Origin: Tetramitus jugosus
Taxonomy: Eukaryota; Protista; Heterolobosea
NCBI GenBank assembly: GCA_937625935.1
Contig: OW569358.1
Location: 1 to 64,000 of the forward strand
Length of the DNA: 64,000 nt
Direction: 5' to 3'
Shown here: positions 1 to 8,129 of the stretch, piece after piece
How positions within the stretch are numbered: the stretch's first letter is position 1
Layout of the letters: every line of letters begins with the position of its first letter
Program-made: the position numbers and the translations under genes
The notes under the pieces: model-generated
What the model was told of the DNA's origin: nothing
What the model saw: only the letters and a program-made list of their open reading frames with translations
Databases searched by the model: none

Positions 1-750
1 CCAAAACCCAAACCCAAACCCAAACCCAAACCCAAACCCAAACCCAAACCCAAACCCAAACCCAAACCCAAACCCAAACCCAAACCCAAACCCAAACCCA
101 AACCCAAACCCAAACCCAAACCCAAACCCAAACCCAAACCCAAACCCAAACCCAAACCCAAACCCAAACCCAAACCCAAACCCAAACCCAAACCCAAACC
201 CAAACCCAAACCCAAACCCAAACCCAAACCCAAACCCAAACCCAAACCCAAACCCAAACCCAAACCCAAACCCAAACCCAAACCCAAACCCAAACCCAAA
301 CCCAAACCCAAACCCAAACCCAAACCCAAACCCAAACCCAAACCCAAACCCAAACCCAAACCCAAACCCAAACCCAAACCCAAACCCAAACCCAAACCCA
401 AACCCAAACCCAAACCCAAACCCAAACCCAAACCCAAACCCAAACCCAAACCCAAACCCAAACCCAAACCCAAACCCAAACCCAAACCCAAACCCAAACC
501 CAAACCCAAACCCAAACCCAAACCCAAACCCAAACCCAAACCCAAACCCAAACCCAAACCCAAACCCAAACCCAAACCCAAACCCAAACCCAAACCCAAA
601 CCCAAACCCAAACCCAAACCCAAACCCAAACCCAAACCCAAACCCAAACCCAAACCCAAACCCAAACCCAAACCCAAACCCAAACCCAAACCCAAACCCA
701 AACCCAAACCCAAACCCAAACCCAAACCCAAACCCAAACCCAAACCCAAA
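1..750. repeat. Terminal telomeric array (CCCAAA)n / (TTTGGG)n, ~125 units
   Basis: Uninterrupted CCCAAA hexamer from the contig start to 750, with the C-rich strand at the 5' end as expected for a left chromosome end. Confidence 0.98.
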
Positions 751-871
751 TCGGAAAAATTGTTCGTTGTGCTATTTTGTCGCGATTTGTCCCCAGAAAA
801 ATCTTTTATTGTCAAAATCAATGAATAAACTCGAGGTTTAGTTTTTCTTGGCAGAACCTAGTTATGCAGTT

Positions 872-3208
872 CTAGAGCGAGTCGAGATCGAGCGATAGTA
901 AATACTCCCTTTCTCTTTTTTTTTCAATGGCTTCTACAGATTTTTTCTGTTCATGTCCTTTGTTGTCCTGCTCGATTTCGATTGGAATTCTGCTATCTAT
1001 TTCTTCTTGAGTTTCTTCCATTGTTAGGAATTTATCTGTTAGGATATCATCCATTGTACTCTGGCAAGCCGATAGCTCAGAAAGAGATATTCCTTGTTCG
1101 TCGTTTTGTCTGTCCAAGAATTCATCAATCATAGAGTTCATAGTGGCAGTGTCCACTTCATCGAATTCTTGTGTGACAAGTTGAGACAATGAAAAGGAAT
1201 CATCTGTCTCCTTTGGTGTTTCCGGTAAGATTAGCTTGTTTGGGAAACGAAATTTGGCATCATTTTCTTCAAAATTTCTCTTCCAAGTCAAATCCAATTT
1301 TCTTTTAGTTCCTCTGGGCAGAAATCGCTTTGCTGCACTTCCCTCATTGGAATTGCTCTTGACAGCATAGTCTTCGTAAAAGACTCTGTCAATATACTCA
1401 TCACGTTTGGCACCAACTGCTAACTTAACAAACATACTCTTCCCAATGTTCAGTAATATCGAAGATCTCAGGTCTGTACTTCCGTTGCTATATTGCTGAT
1501 TTTGATTCAATGCATCTTTGCATTCGATGGAACTTTCAGCCCATTGCTTAATGTATTTCTGATGATACACAGACCATATGGTTTGGTGATTCTTTCCCAC
1601 AGCGTTTTTATCTTCTTCATGACATGCTTTACCAAGGTTGGGTCTCATCTCTAAAATTCTCTTCTTGATACTTCGAAACGAAACAAACTTCTTAACTGAT
1701 GAGGGAGATTTCTTTGGGTGCACACTTGATCTTCGTACTTCCCTCAATGTTGTTCGAACTGGTGTGTTGGGTGTTGAAGTTTGCTCTGAGTCCATGTTCC
1801 AGAATACTTTTACAAGATTTTGGGCTTCTGTGTGTTGTTGTAAGTCTTGTAGGCTTGCCACATTTTGGGAGCAGAATATCGACATTCTTTCATATGCATC
1901 AATAGATTCATCGTTGTTCCATCCAACATGTCTCTTGATAGCTTGTCTGATACTATCTTTGATTATTCCGTATCTCAAAATGCTAGTGAGTAATGCTTGG
2001 CAAATATGCCCACTTCTTAAAGACCTCATTGTGTATCGGCATTTAAGAATTTCAGCTGAACTCGTTTTCATGAGATTGGACATATCTTTTGAACTCATGG
2101 GTTGTTCAGATGTTGCTTGAGTGAACAAATATTCTTCTTGAGCTCCAGTTTTTAACTCAAAATTGTTCTTGCTTATCATGTCTTGTAGTGTTCCAGCCTG
2201 AAATACTGTTCTAATATGAAAAAGATACCACAATAGGGAAAAGACTGGACATTCATTGAAATCGTTACTTCCATAAACAGTGTTTCGAAGTTCTTGTCCA
2301 CCAATCCCCTTGTTCTTGAATCCAACATTCTGAACTACCAAGTAAGTGTGATCGTCACATTTCACGGAAGCAAATTTCAGATCCTTGAGTTTCATGTAGG
2401 ACAACGTGTCTCCTCTCCAGCCAATGTGTCTTCCATACATGATAATGGCCCTCAATCTGATTTGAGGTTCTCTATTATCCTTTTTTGCTAAGGCTCTTTG
2501 CCATCTTGATAAATCATGATTTAACAAAGGAAACACCTTGAATTTGGAGTTTCCATACTTCCTGATCAAGGCTCGAAAGAGTTTCTTAATGAACTCTCCA
2601 TACTCACTCTTCAGATCTATTCCTCTTTCCTCCTTTAAGAGACAACATAATTGATTCCAAAAGCAATTCACAACAGTACTATGGCTGTACTTGTAGATGA
2701 CTCTCATATGCAGTAAATATAGTCCAGAAACATATTTGCCTGGATGGAAACGATCAACAGTTTTCAACTCTTCATGAATGTCCTTTTGTTCATCCAACCA
2801 TCCAATCCAACTTCTCCAAGCGTAATCTTGGACTAACTTGGTTCCAGGAGCTTGTGAGAGTTGCATAATATTAATCAATTCCTCCATCTGATTGGCAAGT
2901 GATTGGGTCTCCTCTAAATTAACTGTTACCTCTCGACAGAAGTCATTAGTGTCGCGAATCTTGTCCATTCTTCGAATGAGTTCAACATGCACCTCATCTG
3001 TTATTTTTTTCTGATTTACATTTCTTGCACGAGTTCTTCCTAGCAATGCTGATAGCTCCTCTTCAATATCTTCCATTGTTGAGCCATCCAAACATTGATT
3101 TTCTATTGGGTCATCGATCGATAGGAAACCACTCGCAACTAAAGGATGAACGGGAGATGTTTCTATTTTATTCAGATGACGGGTGAACTCGACCTCAATT
3201 GTTGTCAT
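872..3208 (-). CDS. Tyrosine recombinase/integrase (Cre/DIRS/Crypton-like catalytic domain), 778 aa with acidic C-terminal tail
   Basis: Catalytic motifs in order: R265 (IGWRGD..MKLKDL), K298, CPV (320-322), RSLR (395-398, the HxxR box), HVGW430 and Y439. A core-binding-like region covers ~aa115-220 (APGT..YAWRSW, YSHSTV). AATAAA lies on the minus strand at 810-805. Confidence 0.88.
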   Translation of the reverse strand: MTTIEVEFTRHLNKIETSPVHPLVASGFLSIDDPIENQCLDGSTMEDIEEELSALLGRTRARNVNQKKITDEVHVELIRRMDKIRDTNDFCREVTVNLEETQSLANQMEELINIMQLSQAPGTKLVQDYAWRSWIGWLDEQKDIHEELKTVDRFHPGKYVSGLYLLHMRVIYKYSHSTVVNCFWNQLCCLLKEERGIDLKSEYGEFIKKLFRALIRKYGNSKFKVFPLLNHDLSRWQRALAKKDNREPQIRLRAIIMYGRHIGWRGDTLSYMKLKDLKFASVKCDDHTYLVVQNVGFKNKGIGGQELRNTVYGSNDFNECPVFSLLWYLFHIRTVFQAGTLQDMISKNNFELKTGAQEEYLFTQATSEQPMSSKDMSNLMKTSSAEILKCRYTMRSLRSGHICQALLTSILRYGIIKDSIRQAIKRHVGWNNDESIDAYERMSIFCSQNVASLQDLQQHTEAQNLVKVFWNMDSEQTSTPNTPVRTTLREVRRSSVHPKKSPSSVKKFVSFRSIKKRILEMRPNLGKACHEEDKNAVGKNHQTIWSVYHQKYIKQWAESSIECKDALNQNQQYSNGSTDLRSSILLNIGKSMFVKLAVGAKRDEYIDRVFYEDYAVKSNSNEGSAAKRFLPRGTKRKLDLTWKRNFEENDAKFRFPNKLILPETPKETDDSFSLSQLVTQEFDEVDTATMNSMIDEFLDRQNDEQGISLSELSACQSTMDDILTDKFLTMEETQEEIDSRIPIEIEQDNKGHEQKKSVEAIEKKREREYLLSLDLDSL

Positions 3209-3232
3209 TGTTATTGTTGTGTTTCTAACAAA

Positions 3233-4189
3233 CTATTTGTTACGTTGTTTCTTCGATGCACTGGAAGCACCAGAAGCCGATGCAGTTCTTTTTTTGGTGT
3301 GGAGGGAATTGTTGGAATCCTCTTTGAGATTACTCAAAATGCTACGAACCATTGAAGGAACTCCATTCTTGGTCAACAACTCTTTTTTGACATAAGTGTC
3401 AACGGTGGCTGGTGTAAATTGAGAAATTACCCAGAAGGGAAAATTTTCGAACTCCAAAAGGTTTTGGACCATCACAGAGTTACCCCTTAATATGGAAGAT
3501 AATTCCATCACGGTACTTTTCTTATTATAGGCCACCGTCAGGTTGACTAAAAATTCCCCCACCCGAATCTCTCTTGAAAAAGAATTGAGTTCCGAGCCGT
3601 TGGGATCTCTTCTCTTCAACGTCTTGAAAAGCTCTTGTCCCTCCAATTTGAGCTCCTTTTTCCTGATAGCATACCGCATGCAGGCCACTGACTTCATTGA
3701 CTTACTCAGTGTCTCAAAGTCCTCGTCGTTAAGCTTGATCAACGACCTAGCCTCGTCCGTACCGACCAATTTCACGGTTGTGTTGAGAAGGCAGAGTGCC
3801 TTCTTGATCCAATCCATGCTTTTTCTTGTTTCCTCATCAGGACCCAGGAGGCAACCCAAACTTTCTACTGTCTCTCGAAGTTCTTTGATGGTAACTGCAG
3901 CCTCTTTGAGTTTTTTTGTCAGTTGGTCGTTGTCTTCTTCCTCCGTTATGAGATCTCTCTTGAGTTTCTCCAGCTCCAGTTCCTTTGTTTGATCGTGCTC
4001 TACGAATATTCCTTCCCCATCACGGGTGATGACAACAAACACTTTGAGTTGTTCGTTGGTTGTTGGTAGCAAGGACTCGAGCGAATTATCCAGTGTACAA
4101 GAGATTCTTGTTGATAGTGCTGTGGTAGTTGTAGTGGTTGGTATTGTAGTATGTGTTGTTGGTGTCGTGATTGGTGTTGGTGAGTTCAT
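3233..4189 (-). CDS. Hypothetical coiled-coil protein (element ORF2), 318 aa from first ATG
   Basis: Long open frame. First ATG is at 4189 (the track start at 4270 is GTG). Thr-rich N-terminus, heptad-like E/K-rich segment and a basic NLS-like C-terminus (KKRT..SKKQRNK). It ends 24 bp before the YR ATG. Confidence 0.7.
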   Translation of the reverse strand: MNSPTPITTPTTHTTIPTTTTTTALSTRISCTLDNSLESLLPTTNEQLKVFVVITRDGEGIFVEHDQTKELELEKLKRDLITEEEDNDQLTKKLKEAAVTIKELRETVESLGCLLGPDEETRKSMDWIKKALCLLNTTVKLVGTDEARSLIKLNDEDFETLSKSMKSVACMRYAIRKKELKLEGQELFKTLKRRDPNGSELNSFSREIRVGEFLVNLTVAYNKKSTVMELSSILRGNSVMVQNLLEFENFPFWVISQFTPATVDTYVKKELLTKNGVPSMVRSILSNLKEDSNNSLHTKKRTASASGASSASKKQRNK

Positions 4190-4252
4190 TGGTGATTTGT
4201 GATTTTGGTTTTTGTGATGTGTGATGTGTGATGTACCAGGTAATAAATATTG

Positions 4253-4322
4253 TTTAGGCCACACGCTCACGTTTCAGTTCCAACGATGCTGAATAGGAGG
4301 AAACGCGAACGTGTGGCCTAAA
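4253..4322 (-). other. 23-bp inverted repeat / hairpin with 24-nt loop upstream of ORF2
   Basis: Arms tttaggccacacgctcacgtttc (4253-4275) and gaaacgcgaacgtgtggcctaaa (4300-4322) are 21/23 complementary. Confidence 0.85.
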
Positions 4323-4761
4323 AAAATATCTTGTCTTGCGAAAGGCACTCAAAATGTGAAGTAGCAATCTGATTTTTACAGAGTCGCAACAACAACAGTT
4401 GCAACAGATGAAGCACACCCGATTGTTTTATCTGTCCTATGAATCTCAATCAGAGCCATTGCATCTCCGTTCAATTCGAACTCATGATCATAAGAATGGT
4501 TGTATCAATAAAAAATCACAAATTACAGACCATTTGTTCGATTCATTGATTTTTGATTGATTCGTTTGTTTTTTATTGTTTTTATGCGATGTTTTTGTCA
4601 AACCCGGCTGGAACCCTGATTGCTTGTTCTGAAACAACATGTGTGTTTCACATTGTGGGAGATTCTTAAATTCTTCAAATGGAATGAAGAAAAAGATAGT
4701 AATCATCTGATACCGGAGTGCAGAAGAAGTGTGGTATAATAAGGGCTGTTGCTTACGTAAC

Positions 4762-4796
4762 AACCCAAACCCAAACCCAAACCCAAACCCCAACCC
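4762..4796. repeat. Interstitial telomeric tract, (CCCAAA)4 plus a degenerate unit
   Basis: aacccaaacccaaacccaaacccaaaccccaaccc, in the same orientation as the terminal telomere. Confidence 0.92.
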
Positions 4797-5184
4797 TGTA
4801 AAATGATACTATACTCTTTCATATCTCCTTTCAGTTCTTTACAATTTCATACCCTACCTTCCTTGATGCCTCTTCTCTCTTTGTCCTATTGTATTTTCGT
4901 TTGCACTCCTTCCTTCAAGTTGAACCTTCATCAAAGGAGTTTAAACTCCTTCATCCCTTTATTACAAAATATTTCCTGTCGTGTCCTTTGTTTTCTCCTT
5001 TGTCCCAGTTTCTGTTCATCAGTTGACAATGTCATTCACCGTCGAGAATGTATTCATCAGGCTATTGTATTAACCGATAAAGTATTACAAACAAATTATG
5101 AAGGATTTCAATCTTGTAGTTCAACCGACTCTATCACACAGCATCTTCCTTCAGAAGTTCGAACCTCCATGACCTCAGTTTCAA

Positions 5185-5505
5185 GTTCCTCTGTAGAAAT
5201 CTTCATAGGCGGAACCATCTGGTTCCTCTTAGGCATGTGTGTATTTAGGCGGAACCAGCTGGTTCCACTGAAAAAGTCATATTATAGGCGGAACCAGATA
5301 GTTCCTCTGACAAAGTCAAGTTTTAGGCGGAACCAGCTGGTTCCTCTGTAAAGTCGAAAATTTAGGCGGAACCAGATAGTTCCTCTGAAAAAAAGCTCTT
5401 TTAGGCGGAACCAGCTGGTTCCGCTTGTGAGTCCAACTTTTAGGCGGAACCAGATAGTTCCTCTGTAAAAAAGCTTTTCTAGGCCGAAATGGCTGGTTCC
5501 GCCTA
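5185..5505. repeat. Array of 8 palindromic ~24-bp repeats (TAGGCGGAACCAGMTRGTTCCDCT) with 15-16-bp variable spacers, 39-bp period
   Basis: Units start at 5206, 5246, 5285, 5324, 5363, 5402, 5441 and 5480, with a half unit at 5185. The core GGAACCAGCTGGTTCC is a perfect palindrome in units 2, 4 and 6. Confidence 0.95.
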
Positions 5506-5542
5506 TTTTTTCGACACGCACCAGTCAATAGCTCATAGAGAT

Positions 5543-5568
5543 TTGGGTTTTCTGAGTTCAAAACCCAA
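5543..5568. other. Inverted repeat with 9-bp telomere-like arms and 8-bp spacer (TTGGGTTTT-CTGAGTTC-AAAACCCAA)
   Basis: Arms are exact reverse complements; the asymmetric 8-bp spacer gives a lox/FRT-like layout. Confidence 0.6.
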
Positions 5569-5715
5569 CTCCATATCATAGTTTGGGGGATAGTTCAGAA
5601 TCTACAGTGACATTTTCAATACAAAGCTTAAGTTGAACATTTCAGACCATAAAGAATACAAAAACATCTTTTACAACGTACGGTTGACTGTATTCGGCCA
5701 TTCTTGGTTTGTCGA

Positions 5716-5740
5716 TATGTGACAACCCAAACCCAAACCC
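5716..5740. repeat. Second copy of the 25-bp telomere-junction motif (direct repeat of 4754-4778)
   Basis: tatgtgacaacccaaacccaaaccc versus tacgtaacaacccaaacccaaaccc, 23/25 identical. Confidence 0.75.
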
Positions 5741-6476
5741 ATCCATACTTCCCAGTTCCAATATGACAGTTGAAAAACTCAAGTATGTTCCTCCAGTGAG
5801 TTGTCTCCCCGAATCTAGGAAGATTATCTTCAAGACAATCTTGAAGACAAGCTCCTCATGGCTCATGTCGATACCACAGTGTATGCGTTAATTTGGCTCG
5901 AAGAAGCTTCGTAGAACAACGACTAGAATACTTTCAAATTATTTCAAGGATTTTCATAGAAATATTGATTAATGAATTGATTGGATAATAAAATGACCAA
6001 TAATGAGTACTATGCCCAGTCTCTGGATTATGCTTAGATTATTATAGAAACTGTTTGAAAGAGGTGGAAACTGTTGAGTGAAAAATAATGTTAGCCAAGG
6101 ATTAACAGTGCATTAATAAGAAGAAGCGGTCGAGAATTATATAATGAAAGAGTTTATGGTGCTACCATACTCTGTATCGACGAGAAAGTGCTATTATTTG
6201 TTGTCTAGAACTTAGTAGAGAATTTTAACAAGTTGAATTCAACTCGTTTTGAATGAAGAGAATTAGAAGAGTAATATAGTGTTCTTGTAAAGAAGGAAAT
6301 CAATTGAAGTAATCAAAGTATTAAAGACTCAAGAGAGAACTGGATGAGCAAAAAGGGAGTTATGTTAATTGAGAGAGACAAGAGGAGTATGATTCTGAGA
6401 AGAATTATCTCTCCATTGTATTAGACTCGTCCAAGAAAACTCAACATTCGAGATTTCTGATGAGCTGGGTTTCAAC

Positions 6477-6692
6477 TCATCGATTCCTTGAATATAGATT
6501 ACAAATCGAAAAGTACCTGATTTGTGCAGCGCCAACTTGAGTGCACCAAGAATGTGAATTGTCGAGTAATTGTCGAAGTAATAGTACGATATCCTCTAGA
6601 GAGCTCTCACATGTCAACTGTACAACACTATTCTTAGTGGAAATACCATTACGCTGTTGTCCATACTCTCCTGAGCCACAAGAATATAACAT
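6477..6692 (-). pseudogene. RCC1-repeat-like gene fragment
   Basis: MLYSCGSGEYGQQRNG...VGAAQIRYFSI resembles one RCC1 blade (YSCGxGxYGQLGxG ... CGxxFS). It is short and has no continuation. Confidence 0.35.
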
Positions 6693-6749
6693 TGAGTCAT
6701 TTGTGCGTGATTTGTGCAACGATTGGTGTAGTGAAAAGAATATCTGTGT

Positions 6750-7736
6750 TTATAACGGAGTAATATCGAGACGAACTCGAATTCTAGCACTCCAGATGGT
6801 GCCTTTTGTAAATAAGGCAACTCTGATTGGACCTCTTTCCTTGTTCTCAACCGTAAATGACGCCTTTCCTACAACTCCACCATCACTTGTTGCAACTACT
6901 TGAGAATTGTACTCATTGGGATATTCAATAGCCTTTAAATCAGAATAGTACAACTTGTAATGAACAGCATCGTGAAAGGCGAGACATTCCACAGAGATAG
7001 AAAACTGAACTCTTGAATGGGCAGGAATTTGATGGGACACGAACAATGCTTCAACACCCCAGTAAAGAGCCAGGTCAGATCCTGCATTTGGAATGTAGGT
7101 ATCAGTTTCGTTCAAGTTATAAATCACTGAAAGTGCTCTAGTTTGCTCTCCTTCGATAGTTGCACGTGAAACATCCACTGGAATGATGTTCAAGTAGAGC
7201 ACAAGTGCGCCAGATTTAGGGAATTTCTCCTTTGGAATACCGATGGTAACATTCTGACCGATTCCCATAAATTCATAGTTATCCTTGGATGGCTTTCCAG
7301 TTGAAGTGGACGCAAACACTGCAAGAGAGATGTCCTTTCTGTTCTTTTCAACAAAAGTGATTTGAATAACTCTGGTGTCCAGGATATAGAGCGTTTGGTA
7401 CCAGTATGGATTCTTGGTATCGACTTCAAACACTCCCTTTGGAGACTCCTTGGCCTGGTTGGGAGTATTTGGCAGTAGACAAACGTTTCTAGCGAGATTA
7501 GCTCTTCCAGACTCGCAAGCATCACATTTCGTTTGTCCTTCTTCTGGTGCAGCTGTTCCAGGGGGACATTCATAAAATCGATCATCTCCAGGGCAATAGT
7601 CTCCCGCATAGCATGTATGGCAAGGATGTTCAATATTGGTCGTCTCATAGTAACCTGCTGGACAATAACTAGCAAGTACGAGGGAAAGCAATAGCATAAG
7701 CGCTACAATAGCAACCAAGAAACGAAAATTGGCCAT
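6750..7736 (-). CDS. Secreted protein with Cys-rich GCC2/GCC3 (ephrin-receptor-like) repeat
   Basis: Signal peptide MANFRFLVAIVALMLLLSLVLAS, then CPAGYY..CHTCYAGDYC..CPPGT..CDACESG. Confidence 0.75.
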   Translation of the reverse strand: MANFRFLVAIVALMLLLSLVLASYCPAGYYETTNIEHPCHTCYAGDYCPGDDRFYECPPGTAAPEEGQTKCDACESGRANLARNVCLLPNTPNQAKESPKGVFEVDTKNPYWYQTLYILDTRVIQITFVEKNRKDISLAVFASTSTGKPSKDNYEFMGIGQNVTIGIPKEKFPKSGALVLYLNIIPVDVSRATIEGEQTRALSVIYNLNETDTYIPNAGSDLALYWGVEALFVSHQIPAHSRVQFSISVECLAFHDAVHYKLYYSDLKAIEYPNEYNSQVVATSDGGVVGKASFTVENKERGPIRVALFTKGTIWSARIRVRLDITPL

Positions 7737-8129
7737 TTTTGCAAGTTGGATAGTTTTTTGCTTGTATGGTGTAGCGACCATTGCCAAAGTCTAGAGGTTG
7801 GGCCACCGGATGTTGTTCCGCAAAGAGAACTTTCTTCATAAAGTTTCCAGTTGCGCAATTCTTCTCCGAGGAGTAAATACAATCTCCGAAGAGACACTAT
7901 CTCTTCTTGGACTTCAGAATGGACATAATATCGCAAATCGCCGAGCATTTCCTATTAACAATACTAAAGAATATAGGCACGGAATAGTATCATCTACGAG
8001 TTTGTCATCAAAAAACAGAATTATTGAACCTGACTCACAATGGCCAACTACCTTTTCGACAGAGGCATGACGAAATTATAGATCTAGAGTGAAAACCTTC
8101 CAAAATTGAAATGACTATCTGTAACTCTT

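Larger units (their letters stand above)
751..4763 (-). mobile_element. Putative telomere-inserted tyrosine-recombinase (Crypton/DIRS-YR-like) element; may extend to ~5740
   Basis: Two intronless co-oriented ORFs (YR plus coiled-coil ORF) flanked on both sides by same-orientation CCCAAA repeats (1-750 and 4764-4796). No RT/RNaseH or DDE transposase is present. Confidence 0.65.

Noticed and set aside
1-750. Ciliate (Paramecium-like) macronuclear chromosome end
   Set aside because: Genes use TAA/TAG as stops and the introns found are 63-216 bp, unlike Paramecium.
751-4763. DIRS/Ngaro retrotransposon or Polinton/virophage
   Set aside because: No RT/RNaseH, polB, capsid or packaging ATPase, and no split or inverted LTRs seen.
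4488-4793. ORF starting [10 protein letters not shown]
   Set aside because: It is a translation of the telomeric tract with a non-ATG start.
4803-5351. 182-aa plus-strand ORF and ORFs overlapping the array; possible decayed YR 3' copy on the minus strand
   Set aside because: These ORFs are by-products of pyrimidine-rich sequence and the 39-bp period. Similarity to the YR tail (NKGH, DE.LD) is too weak to support.
5185-5505. Bona fide CRISPR array
   Set aside because: Eukaryotic context, no cas genes, spacers only 15 bp and related to each other, and alternating repeat variants. Reported as a CRISPR-like repeat instead.
751-5514. Terminal inverted repeat tcggaaaaattg (751) versus ctattttttcga (5503)
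   Set aside because: Only 10/12 in A-rich sequence and does not extend; chance is likely.
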